Below, one piece after another: positions 17,790 through 20,000 of a stretch of DNA of 20,000 nt; the stretch's first letter is position 1, and every line of letters begins with the position of its first letter. The translations under genes were made by a program, and so were the position numbers. The notes below the pieces were generated by a model, which searched no databases, had not been told where the DNA came from, and saw only the letters and a program-made list of their open reading frames with translations. Source of the stretch: an uncultured virus (IMG/VR IMGVR_UViG_2061766007_001638) (taxonomy: Duplodnaviria > Heunggongvirae > Uroviricota > Caudoviricetes); IMG/VR virus record IMGVR_UViG_2061766007_001638; one strand, 5' to 3'.

Positions 17790-18095
17790 ATGGAAGAGAA
17801 TGTTTTCAGAATTAAGGTATTCGAAGACGAAGACTTAAAAATTAAGACAAGAAGCGGACGTGCGATTAGATTCAGGGTCGTACGAGACGGGAACGACATC
17901 ATGTTCGGATACAGGACCGACGTACCAAATTTGGATATACATCTCGTTGGAAGCTGTCCAGGAGAGGTTTTCTCTAATATCCAGAAGGCAGTGGCCATGA
18001 AATACAGGACCGTGACTGGAATGGATGAAAGGTTCATGACAAGGAGGCAGAAGGCGTTAAAGAAAAGATTCGTTGAAAGGTTCGAGGAGGTTTGA
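17790..18095 (+). CDS. Hypothetical protein
   Basis: MEENVFRIKVFEDE...; ATG lies 7 nt after TATAAT (17777-17782). Confidence 0.7.
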   Translation: MEENVFRIKVFEDEDLKIKTRSGRAIRFRVVRDGNDIMFGYRTDVPNLDIHLVGSCPGEVFSNIQKAVAMKYRTVTGMDERFMTRRQKALKKRFVERFEEV

Positions 18096-18096
18096 C

Positions 18097-18607
18097 GTGT
18101 ACAATGTCGGTGACATAGTTGATTCGGNNNNNNNNNNNNNTGTCGAGAAAAACAGACGGAAAGTACGCAAGCGGGATTTTCTGGCTGGTCGTTGACGACC
18201 ATGTATCTCTTTCGTGGAGAAGGGATGCAGACTCTCCAGTAAATCCAGAAGACGAATTGATGAAAACGCTGAGAGTGGGCGGAGACGATGTATTCAATCA
18301 TGTAAAAGACCACAATCTCATCCCCAACATAAAAAACGCGGAAAACTCAGCAAGGGGATACAACAGCAGGTATCTCAACACGGAACGGTCATCGAAGGAA
18401 TGGTTCAGGATACGCTACAACGAAGGGTATACCTCCAATTTCCTTGAAACTGGCTCGAACACGCCAGTTCGGGTAAAAGCTATAACCGTTCCTTTCGACG
18501 AACTTGCAGAGGAATGCGGCAATTATTCAGAATACAAGATGAAGTGCGAGCTCAAGGGCGTAAAACCAAGTCTGTCCGAACAGGATTTCGTTGTTTACAA
18601 GTACTGA
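18097..18607 (+). CDS. Hypothetical protein with a variant of the shared motif
   Basis: GGAGG RBS then GTG: MYNVGDIVDS...gap...EECGNYSEYKMKCELKGVKPS... Confidence 0.6.
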
Positions 18608-18608
18608 A

Positions 18609-19334
18609 ATGGAACTTGAAAATACATACTCCAGCATTGATGAAAACTGCTGCGAAAACGACCAGTTAATCATGAATTCGTCCTCTCCGCAGGAGTTCAT
18701 GATGAAAATGTCCCTTGCTGGAAACACCATGAATGTCGATAAATGCGTCGATTTCCTGATAAAGCGGCTTTTCAACGGAAAAACGTACGACAACGACGAA
18801 AAGGAGAGTAAATTCGAGGATTCCGTTTTCAGGATTCTGTCCAAGATAAAGAAGGAAGAGCTTGTAAACAAGTACCTCATAAGCAAGCCAGCCTATGGAG
18901 CAATAATAGTCGACATTCTCAGCTGGATGTGGAGCAAGATGTCTTTCAATTCCGTGGGTTTCGTCCCGAAGTCCCCGAAACTTGACAAAGTAATCGGGAT
19001 TTCAAAGGTGATGATGAAATTCGACAAGGATTTCATCCCGTCCCTGAGGGACAAGAACGGAAACAACATGATGATGATTTTCGCCAAGATTCTGAACTTC
19101 GACAAGGCCGCGAGCTTGATTCACAGGACTGGATTTTCCTCTTCTGGATGTGCTTTCGACGAATACGTGAAGAACAGGTACGGATGCGACTTCTTCAAGT
19201 CGTTCATAGTGGACATGAAATGCGACCCGTACGCGAAGAACAACAGGGGGGAGTGCTTCGCGAACTTCTTCAGCAAGGAATTCCTGAAGGAAGACCTCGG
19301 ATACAAGGAATTTGACTTGACAGAAGAAGACTGA
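18609..19334 (+). CDS. Hypothetical protein with ankyrin-like segments and an N-terminal copy of the shared motif
   Basis: SSSPQEFMMKMSLAG near the N-terminus; LRDKNGNNMMM and DMKCDPYAKNNRGE resemble ankyrin beta-hairpin turns. Confidence 0.65.
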   Translation: MELENTYSSIDENCCENDQLIMNSSSPQEFMMKMSLAGNTMNVDKCVDFLIKRLFNGKTYDNDEKESKFEDSVFRILSKIKKEELVNKYLISKPAYGAIIVDILSWMWSKMSFNSVGFVPKSPKLDKVIGISKVMMKFDKDFIPSLRDKNGNNMMMIFAKILNFDKAASLIHRTGFSSSGCAFDEYVKNRYGCDFFKSFIVDMKCDPYAKNNRGECFANFFSKEFLKEDLGYKEFDLTEED

Positions 19335-19345
19335 AATGGTATAAT
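19317..19345 (+). promoter_or_regulatory. Consensus sigma70-type promoter with extended -10
   Basis: TTGACA, 17 nt spacer, TATAAT preceded by TGG. Confidence 0.85.
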
Positions 19346-19374
19346 ATGGAAAGACAAAACAAAGGACAAAGAAA

Positions 19375-20000
19375 ATGGCAACAGACGCAAAATTCGACAG
19401 GATACAGAAGATAGTCCCGCACGACAACGCTGACGCGCTTGAGATAGCCGTGGTGTCCAACTTCCCGTGCGTGGTCAGGAAAGGCGAGTTCAAGGCTGGG
19501 GACATCGTGTTCTACATCCGAGACGACGCCAAGCTCCTGGAGGTGAACGAATACCTTGAATGGTCGAAGGAAATGAAGAAGCCAGACGCCATGGGACCGA
19601 TGGAGTTCAACTGGAACTTCCCGTGGCAGGAGTCGCTTGTCAAGTACGTGGGCTCTGGTGCTCGAGTAAAGTCCGTAAAACTTCGCGGACGGGTCTCAAT
19701 GGGAATTCTCATAAAGATGGAGGATGCGTGCTCTGGGTACAGNNNNNNNNNNNNNNNNNNNNNNNNNNNNNNNNNNNNNNNNNNNAAGATTCTCGACCCA
19801 GAGACTGGGGACAAGTTCCTCAAGGACAATTTCGGGGTCGGCCACTGGTCGGCTCCAGTGGGAAACATCGGAAACCTGGACGTCCTTCACCAGGGGCTAG
19901 ACTTCGGACTGCAGAAGTCAGACGAGGAGAACTGGGAGAACCTTCCAGACGAAGACCTGCACATCGGGGAGAAATGCCTAGTCACTCGGAAGCTCGATGG
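19375..20000 (+). CDS. RNA ligase, DRB0094/Rnl2 family, 3' partial
   Basis: N-terminal PHDNADALEIAVV...VVRKGEFKAGD, VKSVKLRGRVSMG, KSDEEN, and nucleotidyltransferase motif I TRKLDG at the window end. Confidence 0.88.
   Translation, partial: MATDAKFDRIQKIVPHDNADALEIAVVSNFPCVVRKGEFKAGDIVFYIRDDAKLLEVNEYLEWSKEMKKPDAMGPMEFNWNFPWQESLVKYVGSGARVKSVKLRGRVSMGILIKMEDACSGYXXXXXXXXXXXXXXXKILDPETGDKFLKDNFGVGHWSAPVGNIGNLDVLHQGLDFGLQKSDEENWENLPDEDLHIGEKCLVTRKLD

Noticed and set aside
18104..18118. Apparent ATG TCG GTG ACA TAG as another recoded gene start
   Set aside because: A better start is GTG 18097 (GGAGG RBS, MYNVGDIVDS) in another frame; the following gap explains the frame offset.
1..20000. CRISPR array, DGR template/variable repeat pair, integrase or IS
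   Set aside because: No regularly spaced repeats and no RT or transposase motifs. Differences between the 4760 and 6450 copies are not adenine-specific.

Overview
This looks like a gappy (many N runs) fragment of a large bacteriophage genome. It has densely packed short hypothetical genes, tRNA-Val(TAC), a degenerate tRNA(CAT), a phage tmRNA and a DRB0094/Rnl2-type RNA ligase. The main result is that the central block (~9.6-14.3 kb) does not read in the standard code. Six genes contain 16 in-frame TAG codons and no in-frame TAA/TGA in the sequenced parts; two of the 16 depend on a frame choice across a gap. They include a ~525+ aa BspA-type LRR protein and a protein-kinase-like gene whose catalytic motifs are split by TAGs. 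This indicates amber recoding, most likely TAG=Gln (code 15). All four recoded genes with visible upstream DNA are preceded by GTAAATA, a candidate late promoter. The flanking genes, several with sigma70-type promoters, lack internal TAG. Separately, at least four (up to seven) otherwise dissimilar proteins share a ~18 aa motif, P-x-[FW]-[ST]-[ST]-x-x-E-L-x-M-K-L-[ED]-[LI]-x-G, mostly at the C-terminus, which I cannot assign to a known family. N-gap lengths appear to be estimates, so frames across gaps are uncertain.
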